Sequence record: PP532814.1 | Strand: one strand, 5' to 3' | Source of the DNA: Escherichia phage vB_EcoP_06 | Length of the DNA: 51,775 nt | In this document: piece by piece, positions 1 through 10,113 of the stretch | How positions within the stretch are numbered: position 1 is the first letter of the stretch | Layout: each line of letters begins with the position of its first letter | Made by a program: the position numbers and the translations under genes | Notes under the pieces: model-generated | Told to the model about the DNA's origin: nothing | What the model saw: the letters and a program-made list of their open reading frames with translations, nothing else | The model's database searches: none

Positions 1-127
1 AAAAAACCGACTCCCTTGATCCGACTGCGCGTTTGAAAAAACTTAAATAAGGAGAAATAAACATGGCTACAATTGGAGCAAGTTATTTTGCTGTAATGTC
101 TCGTGCGTTACCTGGTCAGGTTTCTGA
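1..127. repeat. terminal direct repeat copy 1 (identical to 51649..51775); overlap of a circular or circularly permuted assembly
   Basis: Bases 1-127 match 51649-51775 exactly; both copies contain the end of the scaffold-like gene, its stop, an RBS and the first codons of the 63..575 gene. Confidence 0.9.
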
Positions 128-575
128 CACTTCAGCTTATAATATTGATGGCGCTTGTGTTCTTGAGAATGCGGCAGGAAATCAGAATCAGTCTGTTTTT
201 GTTGGTGTTGCAGTCCAGCATGGCGGCGTTGATGCTATGGGCAATAAGCTAATTAAGCCGATGGCGACAAGCGGCAAGGCTTACGGCGTTGCAATTCGAT
301 CTCACTTTCAGACAACTTCGTCTGACGGTCGAATGATTTATGAATCTGGAGGCGGAATCAACGTAATGACTGAGGGGCGTGTTTGGATGTTGGCTAAAGA
401 CGCCACCGCGCCAGCGTTCGGCACTACAATCAAGCTGTCTGATGATGGTCAGGTTGATACAGGGTCTGGTACTATCGAAACAAACTGGATCGCAACTGGT
501 GATTTCACCAAGTTTCAAGACTTGAAGCTGGTAGAGGTTCAGGTGCAAAAAGTTCCGGCAGTTTCGGCGGGTTAA
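63..575 (+). CDS. putative head decoration/structural protein, paralogue A (170 aa)
   Basis: RBS GGAGAAATAAAC before ATG; lies between scaffold-like gene and major capsid gene (lambda D-like position); shares a G-x-VW-L ... WI-TG pattern with the next ORF; followed by a rho-independent terminator. Confidence 0.35.
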   Translation: MATIGASYFAVMSRALPGQVSDTSAYNIDGACVLENAAGNQNQSVFVGVAVQHGGVDAMGNKLIKPMATSGKAYGVAIRSHFQTTSSDGRMIYESGGGINVMTEGRVWMLAKDATAPAFGTTIKLSDDGQVDTGSGTIETNWIATGDFTKFQDLKLVEVQVQKVPAVSAG

Positions 576-581
576 TAAATA

Positions 582-606
582 GGGCGCTCACTGAGCGCCT
601 TTTTTA
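582..606 (+). terminator. rho-independent terminator
   Basis: Hairpin GGGCGCTCA-CTGAGCGCC followed by TTTTTTAT. Confidence 0.7.
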
Positions 607-620
607 TATTTGGAGTTATC

Positions 621-1055
621 ATGAGTGATTATTCAGTCATTGTTGGCGCTGAGTCTCCAGGGTGCATGGTCGATTCTTCAATAATGGTGATTAACGGATC
701 TTTCGTGTGCGGAGATGAATTTATTGCGCCAGGTAAGATTGTGCGACTATCACATATAACAAATGGATACAAAATGGCAAGTGTTAATGGGGAACTCGTT
801 ATTGGCGTGGCAGTAAGACCGCCGGACTCGTGCATATATGAGGAGGGTGATCCAGTTAATGTGGTTAGTCGAGGTAGTGTTTGGTGCTTAACTTCTGAGA
901 GCGAAGCGCCAGAATATGGAGATAAAGTATTTGTAACGCAAGATGGAGATGCTGCATACAGTGAAGGCGACTTGCTGATTGGTTGGATCTTTACTGGCGA
1001 ACATGTAAGGGTTGATCATGATTCATATATTGTCGGGGTAAGCATTAACGCATAA
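621..1055 (+). CDS. putative head decoration/structural protein, paralogue B (144 aa)
   Basis: RBS TGGAG; sequence pattern paralogous to 63..575 (GVA[IV]R ... G-VW-L ... WI-TG). Confidence 0.35.
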   Translation: MSDYSVIVGAESPGCMVDSSIMVINGSFVCGDEFIAPGKIVRLSHITNGYKMASVNGELVIGVAVRPPDSCIYEEGDPVNVVSRGSVWCLTSESEAPEYGDKVFVTQDGDAAYSEGDLLIGWIFTGEHVRVDHDSYIVGVSINA

Positions 1056-1073
1056 CACAAAATTATGTTGCAC

Positions 1074-1093
1074 GTTTAACAAAAAATGCTATC
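1074..1093 (-). promoter_or_regulatory. promoter-box copy in inverted orientation upstream of the major capsid gene
   Basis: GTTTAACAAAAAATGCTATC on plus strand; no properly spaced -10 in box orientation. Confidence 0.35.
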
Positions 1094-1138
1094 ATTGGGG
1101 CGTTACATACTAACAGCCTTTATATATGGAGGAAGAAA

Positions 1139-2113
1139 ATGGAAAAAGAAAAATTTGATCAGCTAGATGCGGATATTGTTTCTAGCTATTTGGCTACTCG
1201 CGGCGTTAAGGGTGATGCTTCTGATATGGGTATCTGGACGGCGCAAGAGCTTCACAAGATCCGCTCAACTGCTTACGAGAAAGAGTATCCGGCAGGTTCG
1301 GCGCTTCGTGTGTTCCCTGTAACTAATGAGCTTTCTGATACTGATAAAACTTTTGAATATCAGATGTTTGACAAGGTTGGTTACGCAAAAATTATCGCTG
1401 ATTACACCGACGATCTGCCGACCGTTGACGCGCTGATGTCTAGCGAATTTGGTAAAGTGTTCCGCCTGGGTAATGCGTTCTTGATCTCCATTGACGAAAT
1501 CAAGGCTGGTCAGCGTACTGGTAAGAGCCTTTCCACTCGCAAGGCAAACGCAGCGCAAAACGCCCATGATCAGGAAGTTAACCGACTGGTGTTTAAAGGT
1601 TCAAAACCGCATAAGATTCTTTCGGTGTTTGAACATCCTAACCTGACAAAGATCGTGTCAACTGGCTGGTTAAGTGCTGATGAAAACACTAAGTTCCCGC
1701 AGGCAGCATCTGATGAACTGGAAAAGGCTATTGAAACCATTCAGACCATCACCAATGGTCAGCACCGAGCAACCAACATCCTGATTCCGCCGTCTATGCG
1801 CAAGGTTCTTTCCGTTCGAATGGAAAACACCACTGAAAGTTATCTGGAATACTTCCAGAAACAAAACAGCGGAATCACCATCGACTCAATCGCAGAGCTT
1901 GAGGACATTGATGGCACTGGAACGAAGGGTTGCCTGGTATATGAGAAAGACCCGATGAACATGTCGATCGAAATTCCAGAAGTATTTAATATGCTTCCGG
2001 CGCAACCAAAAGATCTGCATTTCAAAGTTCCGTGCACTTCAAAATGTACTGGCCTGACGATTTACCGTCCGTTTACGCTAGTTCTTATTACTGGCTTGAA
2101 AAAATCAGGTTAA
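1139..2113 (+). CDS. major capsid protein (putative)
   Basis: 324-aa ORF with strong RBS GGAGGAAGAAA, positioned after scaffold and decoration-like genes and followed by a strong terminator; size and position typical of a siphovirus major capsid protein. Confidence 0.55.
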   Translation: MEKEKFDQLDADIVSSYLATRGVKGDASDMGIWTAQELHKIRSTAYEKEYPAGSALRVFPVTNELSDTDKTFEYQMFDKVGYAKIIADYTDDLPTVDALMSSEFGKVFRLGNAFLISIDEIKAGQRTGKSLSTRKANAAQNAHDQEVNRLVFKGSKPHKILSVFEHPNLTKIVSTGWLSADENTKFPQAASDELEKAIETIQTITNGQHRATNILIPPSMRKVLSVRMENTTESYLEYFQKQNSGITIDSIAELEDIDGTGTKGCLVYEKDPMNMSIEIPEVFNMLPAQPKDLHFKVPCTSKCTGLTIYRPFTLVLITGLKKSG

Positions 2114-2125
2114 TCGTATAACATT

Positions 2126-2154
2126 GGGGAATCCTTAACTGGATTCCCTTTTTT
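2126..2154 (+). terminator. rho-independent terminator after major capsid gene
   Basis: Hairpin GGGGAATCC-TTAACT-GGATTCCC followed by TTTTTTAT. Confidence 0.75.
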
Positions 2155-2169
2155 ATTGGAGGTTATGAA

Positions 2170-2442
2170 ATGGCTAAAGAAAAAACTGTAACGCTAAAGG
2201 TTTCCGGCGTGTGCCTTATCATTGTTGATGGTGAGCATTATCATCCAGGCAAAGAGTTTGACGTAGAAGAATCAAAATTGAAAACAAGCGCGTTTGAATA
2301 TCTAATTGCAAAAGGCGATCTTGAGGTTAAAGACAACTCCGCATTGAACGAAGAAATCAAACAGAGCGCAGCAAGCAAACGTAAAAAAGACCCGCGAGAG
2401 GGCAAGAGCAAAGCCGAACTTGAAGACGGCGGCATCTATTAA
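2170..2442 (+). CDS. hypothetical protein (90 aa), own transcription unit between two terminators
   Basis: RBS TGGAGG; flanked by hairpin terminators at about 2126-2154 and 2448-2470. Confidence 0.4.
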   Translation: MAKEKTVTLKVSGVCLIIVDGEHYHPGKEFDVEESKLKTSAFEYLIAKGDLEVKDNSALNEEIKQSAASKRKKDPREGKSKAELEDGGIY

Positions 2443-2489
2443 TAAAGAGGGCGCTTATAGCGCCCTTTGTCATATCTGGAGGAAACAAA

Positions 2490-2906
2490 ATGGTTGATGA
2501 ATTTTTCACTGACGCAGAAATCACGCAGCAAATCGTGAAATTAGCTCCACCGATGAAACAGATTGATCCAGATTTAATGGTGGCATGGATTGATCTAGCA
2601 AAGGAATTTGTTTGCAAGAAGCGGTTTAAAGAATCATATCCTAAAGCGGTTGCCCTTTATACTTTGCACCTTATGACGCTTGATGGAGCTATGAAGCAAG
2701 AAGGGGAAGGCGTAGAGAGTTACTCACGGCGCGTGGCGTCATTTTCCCTGACTGGTGAATTTAGCCAGACATTTGATCGCGTGTCCGGCGATTCAAGCGG
2801 AAAAGAGATTAGACAAACTCCGTGGGGCAAAATGTATGAGACGTTAAATAGAAAAAAAGGCGGTGGATTTGGCCTTGTGACTGGATTTCGGAGGCGCTGC
2901 AAATGA
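2490..2906 (+). CDS. putative head-tail connector/adaptor protein
   Basis: Position between capsid and neck genes; RBS TGGAGGAAACAAA; translationally coupled to next gene. Confidence 0.35.
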   Translation: MVDEFFTDAEITQQIVKLAPPMKQIDPDLMVAWIDLAKEFVCKKRFKESYPKAVALYTLHLMTLDGAMKQEGEGVESYSRRVASFSLTGEFSQTFDRVSGDSSGKEIRQTPWGKMYETLNRKKGGGFGLVTGFRRRCK

Positions 2907-3274
2907 ACTATAACGAGATCGCAAGAATGGCAACCGAAGGAATTAACTTCTTTAGTGATAGCAACGGTGAGTTTAAGTGCATAACGCAGCGTGGAAGCGT
3001 TGAAATCATCGGAGGCGAAGAAGTACAAAAGCCAGAGATTAGTGTAATGATTAAAGGTTTAATTCGCTCCCCAAAAGTACGCGAGGTTGACGGCGAGACA
3101 ATACGAGTAACCGATAAGCTGGGAGTTTTCAACAATAAGGTTGAAATTAAGAACGGGTATCATATTGATGTTGATGGTGAATTATATGTTGTAGTTGAAG
3201 CAAGACCAATCAGACAAACCAATGTCACAGTTGCTTATCGGCCTATTTTGAGAAGGATTTCCGTGCATGGCTAA
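2903..3274 (+). CDS. putative head-tail joining (head closure) protein
   Basis: Overlapping start/stop with flanking genes in the neck module. Confidence 0.3.
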   Translation: MNYNEIARMATEGINFFSDSNGEFKCITQRGSVEIIGGEEVQKPEISVMIKGLIRSPKVREVDGETIRVTDKLGVFNNKVEIKNGYHIDVDGELYVVVEARPIRQTNVTVAYRPILRRISVHG

Positions 3275-3710
3275 AAACTACACGATAAGGGAATTTCACG
3301 GCAACATTGATGCGTGGATAAACGCCGTTGATAGTGGACTAAAAGATTGCGTGGAGTTGTTCGCCGAAAAAGTACACACAGATTTGGTTAAGCGTTCTCC
3401 GGTAGATACTGGTCGTTACCGTGGAAACTGGCAGGTAACAGCAAATAAGCCGCCATTGTATGCGCTTAACCAGTACGACAAGCACGGCGACAAAACGATC
3501 GCGGAAGGCAAGCGCGCCATATACGCGATTTTACGAGGTGGCGGAGCAGTAAGAGCCATTTACTTTTCCAACATGCTTATTTATGCCAACGCGCTTGAGT
3601 ACGGTCATTCAAAACAAGCGCCAGCGGGTGTGCTTGGGATTGTAGCGGTTAAGTTGAGATCTTATATGGCTGAAGCAATAAAAGAGTCGAGGGATAAAAA
3701 TGCACTATGA
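3267..3710 (+). CDS. neck/tail-component protein, HK97 gp10-like
   Basis: Motif SPVDTGRYRGNW resembles the conserved VDTGxLRxSW signature of the HK97 gp10 family as I recall it; position in neck module. Confidence 0.5.
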   Translation: MAKNYTIREFHGNIDAWINAVDSGLKDCVELFAEKVHTDLVKRSPVDTGRYRGNWQVTANKPPLYALNQYDKHGDKTIAEGKRAIYAILRGGGAVRAIYFSNMLIYANALEYGHSKQAPAGVLGIVAVKLRSYMAEAIKESRDKNAL

Positions 3711-4098
3711 ATTAATGCTATCGGCGCGTAAGGCGCTGGCGACTGAATACGAAAGCAGATTCATGATCGCTTATGAAAACGTAGAGTTTACGCCACCTGG
3801 TGACGGTTCGCCGTGGTTGAAGTTTGACTATGCTGAAGTTGACACAGAATACTTGTCATTGGATCGCAAATGCGTTTCTTATATCGGAATGATTCAGGTT
3901 GGCATTGTGTTTCCACCAGGTTACGGAACTGACAGGCCGCGCGTTCTCGCTAAAGAGATTGCGCAATTCTTTTACGATGGTAAAATGCTGGAGCATGGTT
4001 ATATATATGAGGGTGCAAGAGTTCACAAGCCGCTCAAGAGTGAAAGCGGTTGGATTCTCCCAATAAGGTTTTATGTTCGAATTGAAACAAAGGAGTAA
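3700..4098 (+). CDS. putative tail terminator protein
   Basis: Position immediately upstream of the major tail protein gene; overlapping start with previous gene. Confidence 0.3.
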   Translation: MHYELMLSARKALATEYESRFMIAYENVEFTPPGDGSPWLKFDYAEVDTEYLSLDRKCVSYIGMIQVGIVFPPGYGTDRPRVLAKEIAQFFYDGKMLEHGYIYEGARVHKPLKSESGWILPIRFYVRIETKE

Positions 4099-4103
4099 AA
4101 ATT

Positions 4104-4766
4104 ATGCATTTACCAAATGGATCGCAAATTTTCGTTGAGAGCAATCGAGGCAGCGAAATCCAAGCAACAGCAGTGTCAAACGCCAAAGATCCTGTTTTCA
4201 CTGTTGCATCTGGCGGCACTGCGTACAAGAAAGGTGATTATGTTATCATCACTGCGTCTTCTTGGGGTAAGCTGATTGATCGCGTTATGCGTGTAAAGAA
4301 TGACGGTGAAGAAACAAGCGTGACTCTTGAAGGCGTAGATACTACTGATCAGAACGTTTTCCCGTCTGGCGGTACTGCATCTTTTGCCAAAATTGATGCA
4401 TGGACTGAGATCCCTTGCGTTCAGGATTTGTCGCAGGACGGAGGCGAACAGCAATACTACACTTATCAGTGTTTGGCAGACGATCAGGAACAGCAGTTAC
4501 CTACCTATAAGAGCGCCGTTTCTCTTACCTACACTTTTGCGCACGAATACGATAACGCGATCTATCCGTTACTTCGTGCAGCAGATGAATCCGGCGCTGT
4601 AACGGCGCTTCGTATGTATGTACCAAAAGCAAAAGAGATGCGTTGCTGGGCTGGTGTACTTTCATTTAACGAGATCCCACAAACGACCGTTAACGAAATG
4701 GAAACCGTTTCCCTGTCTGTATCCCTGAAAGGTCGATTCACCTTCCTACCTTCTCAAGTAGCATAA
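4104..4766 (+). CDS. major tail (tube) protein (putative)
   Basis: 220-aa ORF with RBS AAGGAG, followed by strong terminator (about 4773-4795) and then the chaperone pair and tape measure gene. Confidence 0.5.
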   Translation: MHLPNGSQIFVESNRGSEIQATAVSNAKDPVFTVASGGTAYKKGDYVIITASSWGKLIDRVMRVKNDGEETSVTLEGVDTTDQNVFPSGGTASFAKIDAWTEIPCVQDLSQDGGEQQYYTYQCLADDQEQQLPTYKSAVSLTYTFAHEYDNAIYPLLRAADESGAVTALRMYVPKAKEMRCWAGVLSFNEIPQTTVNEMETVSLSVSLKGRFTFLPSQVA

Positions 4767-4772
4767 TCACAA

Positions 4773-4795
4773 GGGGCGTTGCGCCCCTTTTTTTG
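4773..4795 (+). terminator. rho-independent terminator after major tail gene
   Basis: Hairpin GGGGCG-TTG-CGCCCC followed by TTTTTTTTG. Confidence 0.75.
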
Positions 4796-4832
4796 TTACT
4801 GTACAATCAAGCTACACGATTCATAATCAATT

Positions 4833-4853
4833 CTTTTAACAAAAAGTGCTATC
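4833..4853 (-). promoter_or_regulatory. promoter-box copy in inverted orientation upstream of the tail assembly chaperone gene
   Basis: CTTTTAACAAAAAGTGCTATC on plus strand; no properly spaced -10 in box orientation. Confidence 0.35.
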
Positions 4854-4865
4854 AAGGGGAAAGAA

Positions 4866-5183
4866 ATGTCAAAAATGAAATTGACGATTGGGCCGCTTCC
4901 TGACTTTAAATTACCAGTGAAATTTGCAATGCCTAACGGAGAAGATCAAACAATTATCTTCACAGTTCGCCACCGCAAAACAAGTGAGATTCACGAGCGC
5001 TACACGTCAGATACTCCAATGAGCGATGTTGAAATGATCACCTTCCTTGCTTCCGGTTGGAATCTTGATGATGAATTTAACGAAGAAAATATTAAACAGC
5101 TTCTTGATTACTACCCAGCGACAGCAATCGGATTAACTAGCGCATACATGAAAGCGCTTGCGGGGCAGCGAGTAAAAAACTAA
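4866..5183 (+). CDS. tail assembly chaperone (G-like)
   Basis: First of two small ORFs directly upstream of the tape measure gene; RBS AAGGGGAAAGAA. Confidence 0.45.
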   Translation: MSKMKLTIGPLPDFKLPVKFAMPNGEDQTIIFTVRHRKTSEIHERYTSDTPMSDVEMITFLASGWNLDDEFNEENIKQLLDYYPATAIGLTSAYMKALAGQRVKN

Positions 5184-5185
5184 AA

Positions 5186-5494
5186 ATGGCGGTTTACCTG
5201 TTTTATCAGAAACCGCCGACAGATGCAGAGCTTGAGGCCGTTGGCCTTACAAGGGCAGACTATGAAGGAGAAGATCCGCCAGAGGTTATATTTGATGAAA
5301 GCATGATGCAATCATGGGATATATTTTGCGCAATGCAAACGCAATGGAGATGTTCTGGCGGTGGCGCTTACGGATTTGATTATAATGTCTTGCCTATGCT
5401 TTTTGAGATTTACAAGGTTGAGGATCGCGAGATGGCGCTAAACGACTTGCGAATCATGGAGCAAAAAGCACTTGAAATGATGCATTCAAAATAA
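5186..5494 (+). CDS. tail assembly chaperone (T-like, second ORF)
   Basis: Second small ORF directly upstream of the tape measure gene; followed by terminator about 5494-5515. Confidence 0.4.
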   Translation: MAVYLFYQKPPTDAELEAVGLTRADYEGEDPPEVIFDESMMQSWDIFCAMQTQWRCSGGGAYGFDYNVLPMLFEIYKVEDREMALNDLRIMEQKALEMMHSK

Positions 5495-5515
5495 GCGCCT
5501 ACGGGCGCTTTTTTA
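5494..5515 (+). terminator. rho-independent terminator before tape measure gene
   Basis: Hairpin AGCGCC-TACG-GGCGCT followed by TTTTTTAT. Confidence 0.65.
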
Positions 5516-5533
5516 TTACCTGGAGGATTAATA

Positions 5534-8206
5534 ATGTCAGAACAATACGCAGGCTTGACGCTTGGGGTTGATGTTTCTCAACTCAACAATGCTGTAAAGT
5601 CTTTGCAGCAATTCAAGAAGGCAAACGACGACGCAAAGGGAAGCGTTGAGAGTTTTGTTGATTCAGAGGTTGTTGCAAGACAAAGAGCCAAACAACTGGC
5701 TGAGGAATTGGCAAAGCAGAAGCAAGAATTTAAAGCAATTCAGTCGGCAATAGATCCGACAGCAAGCAAAATGGATAAGTTGCGCCAGGCAGCAACACAG
5801 CTTGATGCGCTTTGGAAAAAAGGAATTGTGCCGGATGATACATTCTTTGAGTTAGGATCAATTCTTGAGACGCAGCAAAACAAACTGATCGCAACTAAAA
5901 AGGCGCTAACTGAAGAAGGCCGCGCGGCGCTTGAGGAAGCAAAAAACAAGGCAAGGGCAGAGGCTGAGGCAAGAAAGTTTATTGCGGCATTGCAGGCGCA
6001 AGCTGACGCAGCGGAAAAAACAAAATCAGAGCTTGTCGAAATGAGAGCCGCACAACTTGGAGTTAGTGCAGAGGCAGCGCCATTTATTGCAAAAATGAAG
6101 GAGCAGGAAAAACAAGCCTCAAAACTTGGCGTTTCTATGGGGCAGTACAAGCAAGCAATGGCGCAATTGCCAATGCAAATCACTGACGTTGTTACTTCTC
6201 TTGCTTCAGGTATGCCAGTATGGATGATCGCAATCCAGCAGGGGGGGCAAATTAAGGACTCATTCGGCGGTGTTGCTAATACGTTTAAAGCGCTAATGAC
6301 ATTTGTCACGCCTTTAAGTGTAGGAATGACGGCGCTGACTGGTGCTCTTGGTTATGCTGCATATAATGCATACAAAGCAAATGCACAATTGAAGGAGATC
6401 ACAAAAACCGTTCAGGAGACAACTGGTCTTTCTGGTGATTTTGCAGAGCGGATCGCAACTGGAATCCAGGCGCTATCTGACAAGACAGGTGAGAGCGCCG
6501 ATAATCTGGCAAAGGCATACATAAGCACTAAGGATGGAGCAACCGAGGCCATACAAAAACTAGTCGATGTTGGGTTTACCTATGACGAAGCAAAGGTAAA
6601 GGTAAACGAATACAAGAATGCATCAAGTTTTGTAAGCCTTAACAATGAAATTGCTGATCACAAAAACAAAGTTCTTGAGCTTGGCGATTCATGGTATGCG
6701 GTCTTAAAAGCAAAACGTGATTACGCTTCACCGTCCGGCGGTCTGTTGGGGAAAGAGCTTGGTTATGTGAATCCAATGCTGCAATTTGCGAAGAACACCT
6801 ATGAGGATATAGGAAAGATCGTAAAAGATGCGAATAAGGATATGGCGGAACGAGCAGCACGCATCGACAGAGAAAACCTTTCCTTAAACAGAGTTCGAGC
6901 GGCGCAAGAGGCTTTAAACAAAGCCATAGAGGATCAGAAGAACGTAGCAAGGACAGCAGACGAAGAGTTGAAAAAACGAGCGGCTGAGAACGTGGAGTTC
7001 AGGCGAAAAGAGCTTGAAGAGGCGAAGAAGGCGCAGCAGCAAAAGGAAAAAGTTGGTGGAGTTGTAAAAGCACCAACAGAGCAGCTTGATAAGGAGCTAT
7101 ATGTTCTCAAGGCGCAACTTGAAACGCTGAAAGAGCACCGAACTGTAAATGATGTTATTTCACGCCAGAGGCAATCTTTGTGGAGCATTGAAAAGCAGAT
7201 CCAGATCCTTGAGGAAGCGCAAAGTAAACGCAAGCTGACAAAAGCGGAACAGGCGTTACTAAACGAGCAAAAAGCAGTTATTGCTATGGCAAAAGAAAAG
7301 GCAGAGATAGGCGATCAGATTGTTTTGCAACAGAGAAAGAACAAGCAATACCAGGAAGGGCTTAAATTCATTCAGCAAACATCAGATGCTATTGACGCTA
7401 TGAACTTGCGACAGTCTGGAGCTACAGATCTGCAAATCCAGCGAGAGCTTGAGTTGAAGAAGTTGCGAACTGATTATGTTGCTGGCGGCGGTAGTATCGA
7501 CGATGAAATTTATCAGCAGATGGAAGCAAAGCTGAAGGAGTATTACGCCACTGAGGATCAGCTTAGAAATAACTGGATTGCAGGAGCAAAAAACGCATGG
7601 GAGGTTTACGGACAAGATGCAATGGATATGTACGGCAACGTGCAAGATATTGCAAGCGAGGCGCTCAACGGTCTAACCAACCAAATGGCTACATTCCTTG
7701 CAACAGGAAAGGCAAACTTTAAGAGCTTCGCAACGTCAATCATCCAAATGATTATCCAGATGATCACGAAGATGGTTATCTTTAATGCCATATCTGGTGC
7801 GATTGGAGGTGACACTTGGACGATTGGAAGCCTTCTTAAAAATGTTGGATTTGCAACTGGTGGATACACTGGCGACGGCGGGAAGTATGAGCCAGCAGGT
7901 GTTGTCCATAAAGGCGAGTTTGTCATGACGAAGGAGGCAACGAAGCGGATCGGAGTTGGAAATCTTTACAAAATGATGCGCGGTTATGCAAATGGCGGCG
8001 TTGTTGGCGGCACTTCATACACTGGCGGCGGAGTTTCATCTGGAGCAACAAATCTTAATATTGGCGGGATCAGCGTTGATATTAACAACGGAAACGATCC
8101 GAAAGGATTGGAGACTGGCGTAAAAATGATTTTCACTGATATGATTAAGCGTTCCTGTACGCAGGGTGGGGAAGTTTACGAATTTGTTATGTCTAAGCGG
8201 GGGTGA
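5534..8206 (+). CDS. tail tape measure protein
   Basis: 890 aa, long Ala/Glu/Lys/Gln-rich coiled-coil N-terminal part, hydrophobic central segment, Gly-rich C-terminus; position upstream of gpM/L/K/I/J homologues. Confidence 0.85.
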   Translation: MSEQYAGLTLGVDVSQLNNAVKSLQQFKKANDDAKGSVESFVDSEVVARQRAKQLAEELAKQKQEFKAIQSAIDPTASKMDKLRQAATQLDALWKKGIVPDDTFFELGSILETQQNKLIATKKALTEEGRAALEEAKNKARAEAEARKFIAALQAQADAAEKTKSELVEMRAAQLGVSAEAAPFIAKMKEQEKQASKLGVSMGQYKQAMAQLPMQITDVVTSLASGMPVWMIAIQQGGQIKDSFGGVANTFKALMTFVTPLSVGMTALTGALGYAAYNAYKANAQLKEITKTVQETTGLSGDFAERIATGIQALSDKTGESADNLAKAYISTKDGATEAIQKLVDVGFTYDEAKVKVNEYKNASSFVSLNNEIADHKNKVLELGDSWYAVLKAKRDYASPSGGLLGKELGYVNPMLQFAKNTYEDIGKIVKDANKDMAERAARIDRENLSLNRVRAAQEALNKAIEDQKNVARTADEELKKRAAENVEFRRKELEEAKKAQQQKEKVGGVVKAPTEQLDKELYVLKAQLETLKEHRTVNDVISRQRQSLWSIEKQIQILEEAQSKRKLTKAEQALLNEQKAVIAMAKEKAEIGDQIVLQQRKNKQYQEGLKFIQQTSDAIDAMNLRQSGATDLQIQRELELKKLRTDYVAGGGSIDDEIYQQMEAKLKEYYATEDQLRNNWIAGAKNAWEVYGQDAMDMYGNVQDIASEALNGLTNQMATFLATGKANFKSFATSIIQMIIQMITKMVIFNAISGAIGGDTWTIGSLLKNVGFATGGYTGDGGKYEPAGVVHKGEFVMTKEATKRIGVGNLYKMMRGYANGGVVGGTSYTGGGVSSGATNLNIGGISVDINNGNDPKGLETGVKMIFTDMIKRSCTQGGEVYEFVMSKRG

Positions 8207-8559
8207 TAGTGAAACTTGAGCAATTCAAATGGTGTACGCAAACGCAAGGAGGCGGCGGCACTATGACCACATCAAATAACGACAGGGAAATCTCATTTGG
8301 TAATGGTTACACGCAGGTTGCGTCAGGAGGGTTTAACACGGTACGCAGGGAGTTTTCCATTGTCTATGTTGGCAAGGATTACAGAAACGTTGTTGACTTC
8401 CTGAATGGACACAGGCTGAAGCCGTTTTTATGGTTTATGCCTGACGGTCAACCTGGTCTATTCAGGGTAAAATCTGGTAGCGTTGGATTAACTCCAATAT
8501 CAGCAACCGTTCAGGAAGTGAAAGCAACATTTACTGAGCAATTTACATCGATGCAATAA
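8203..8559 (+). CDS. minor tail protein, lambda gpM-like
   Basis: Recalled similarity to lambda M (FKW ... ISFGNGYTQ versus lambda FRWKV ... VRFGDGYSQ); apparent GTG start overlapping the tape measure stop. Confidence 0.65.
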   Translation: MIVKLEQFKWCTQTQGGGGTMTTSNNDREISFGNGYTQVASGGFNTVRREFSIVYVGKDYRNVVDFLNGHRLKPFLWFMPDGQPGLFRVKSGSVGLTPISATVQEVKATFTEQFTSMQ

Positions 8560-8564
8560 TTCAA

Positions 8565-8586
8565 GCCGCCTTTGTGCGGCTTTTTT
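8565..8586 (+). terminator. rho-independent terminator
   Basis: Hairpin GCCGC-CTTTGT-GCGGC followed by TTTTTTAT. Confidence 0.6.
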
Positions 8587-8620
8587 ATTGATGATACAAT
8601 GCACGAAAGGAGGTGCAATT

Positions 8621-9382
8621 ATGGCTAATGAAACAACAGGTCGCGCGGATCTTGAAAATTGTCTGCAAAGCCTTTACCCTGGCGAGATTATCACGCTAAT
8701 TGAGATTGACGGCACAAAGTTTGGCGCAAACATTTACCGCATACACAATGAGAACATATCATACACTGCGGAAGAATTATTGCAGGCGCGAGAAACTGGA
8801 GTTCTTCCGCCGAAAGAGATTACATTCCGTGGAGAGGTTTACGGCGCGCGCCCGTTTGGAATATCTGGAATCAACTTCACAAGCAACGGAAAGGCTGATA
8901 AGCCACAATTGATACTATCAAACCTTGATAGCCAGGTGAGCGCGATGATTCGCAACTTTAACGGCATGATGCAAGCTAAGGTTACAATATGGATCACGCC
9001 AGCGGAATTAATGGGGAAAGATGGCAGCATTAAAGATGGAGCCTCAAGAAAGCTGGTTTACTACATTGAGCGCCCAAGCCATTACAATAGAATGATGGCG
9101 AAATTTGACCTGACATCGCCTTATGATATGGATGGAATAATGATTCCTCCGCGAATAACTCAAAGCGTTTGTTATTGGGCGCAGCGTGGATGGTATCGCA
9201 GCGGAAAAGGTTGCGGATACAATGGATCGAGAATGTTTGACAAAGACAATAATCCTGTGACAGATCCATCTCAAGACTTTTGCGCAGGAACTGTAACAGC
9301 GTGCAAACTTCGTTTTGGTGCAGATCAGCAGCTTGATTTTGGCGGTGCACCAGTAGCAAGCCTGTTAAGGAGAAATCAGTGA
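8621..9382 (+). CDS. minor tail protein, lambda gpL-like
   Basis: C-terminal Cys cluster CYWAQRGWYRSGKGCGYNGS ... CAGTVTACKLRF resembles the lambda L Cys-rich C-terminus; RBS GAAAGGAGG before ATG 8621. Confidence 0.75.
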   Translation: MANETTGRADLENCLQSLYPGEIITLIEIDGTKFGANIYRIHNENISYTAEELLQARETGVLPPKEITFRGEVYGARPFGISGINFTSNGKADKPQLILSNLDSQVSAMIRNFNGMMQAKVTIWITPAELMGKDGSIKDGASRKLVYYIERPSHYNRMMAKFDLTSPYDMDGIMIPPRITQSVCYWAQRGWYRSGKGCGYNGSRMFDKDNNPVTDPSQDFCAGTVTACKLRFGADQQLDFGGAPVASLLRRNQ

Positions 9383-10113
9383 TGATTAGTGCAAAAATAA
9401 AACTTGAAATAATGCAGCACGTAAAAGATGAATACCCGCGCGAGGCGTGCGGTGTTATCACTCAAAAATCACGCGTGCAAAAATACCACCGCATAACCAA
9501 CGTACATGATGATCCTGAAAATCATTTTGAGATGGACGCAATTGAATATGTTGAAGCGTGTGAAAGTGGCGAGCTTATTGCTGTTGTGCATAGCCACACT
9601 GGAGACGGGGCAAGTACAATTCCAAGCGCCAATGATACATGCATGTGTGATGAAATGGGTGTTTCATGGGTTATTGTGTCATGGCCCGAAGGTGATATGA
9701 GAATAATTGAGCCTGAATCTCGTCCTCTGATTGGTCGCCCGTGGTCGCTTGGGGCGTATGATTGCTGGGGGCTTATTATGGCATGGCATAAGCAATATGG
9801 CGTTATCCTGAATGATTTCAGGAAACCATATGAATGGTGGAAGCCTGAGCACGGCGAAAATCTTTACCAGGAAAATTATCTGAAAGAGGGTTTTGTTGAA
9901 ACAGGAGAGCCGCCAAAACCTGGTGATATGGTTATCTTTCAGCTTTCCGCGCCAGTGTGGAATCATGCAGGCATTTATCTTGGCAACAATCAGTTGCTTC
10001 ATCATGCCTTTGGTAAGTTGTCGAGGGTTGATTTGTATTCTGGATGGTATCAGGAACATGCAAAAATGGTTTGTAGACATAAGGATCTGAAATATGACTT
10101 TGAAGGTAATTAA
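9382..10113 (+). CDS. tail assembly protein, lambda gpK-like (MPN/JAB + NlpC/P60 domains)
   Basis: JAB-like motif VVHSHTGDGASTIPSANDT; NlpC/P60-like Cys (YDCWGL) and His (NHAGIYLG); position after gpL homologue. Confidence 0.75.
   Translation: MISAKIKLEIMQHVKDEYPREACGVITQKSRVQKYHRITNVHDDPENHFEMDAIEYVEACESGELIAVVHSHTGDGASTIPSANDTCMCDEMGVSWVIVSWPEGDMRIIEPESRPLIGRPWSLGAYDCWGLIMAWHKQYGVILNDFRKPYEWWKPEHGENLYQENYLKEGFVETGEPPKPGDMVIFQLSAPVWNHAGIYLGNNQLLHHAFGKLSRVDLYSGWYQEHAKMVCRHKDLKYDFEGN

Noticed and set aside
5740-7926. Several 87-189-aa ORFs on the minus strand inside the tape measure gene (5740..6309, 6639..6950, 6934..7233, 7382..7645, 7606..7926)
   Set aside because: Antisense to a well-supported long coding gene, no RBS, and compositions that mirror the sense strand; treated as spurious
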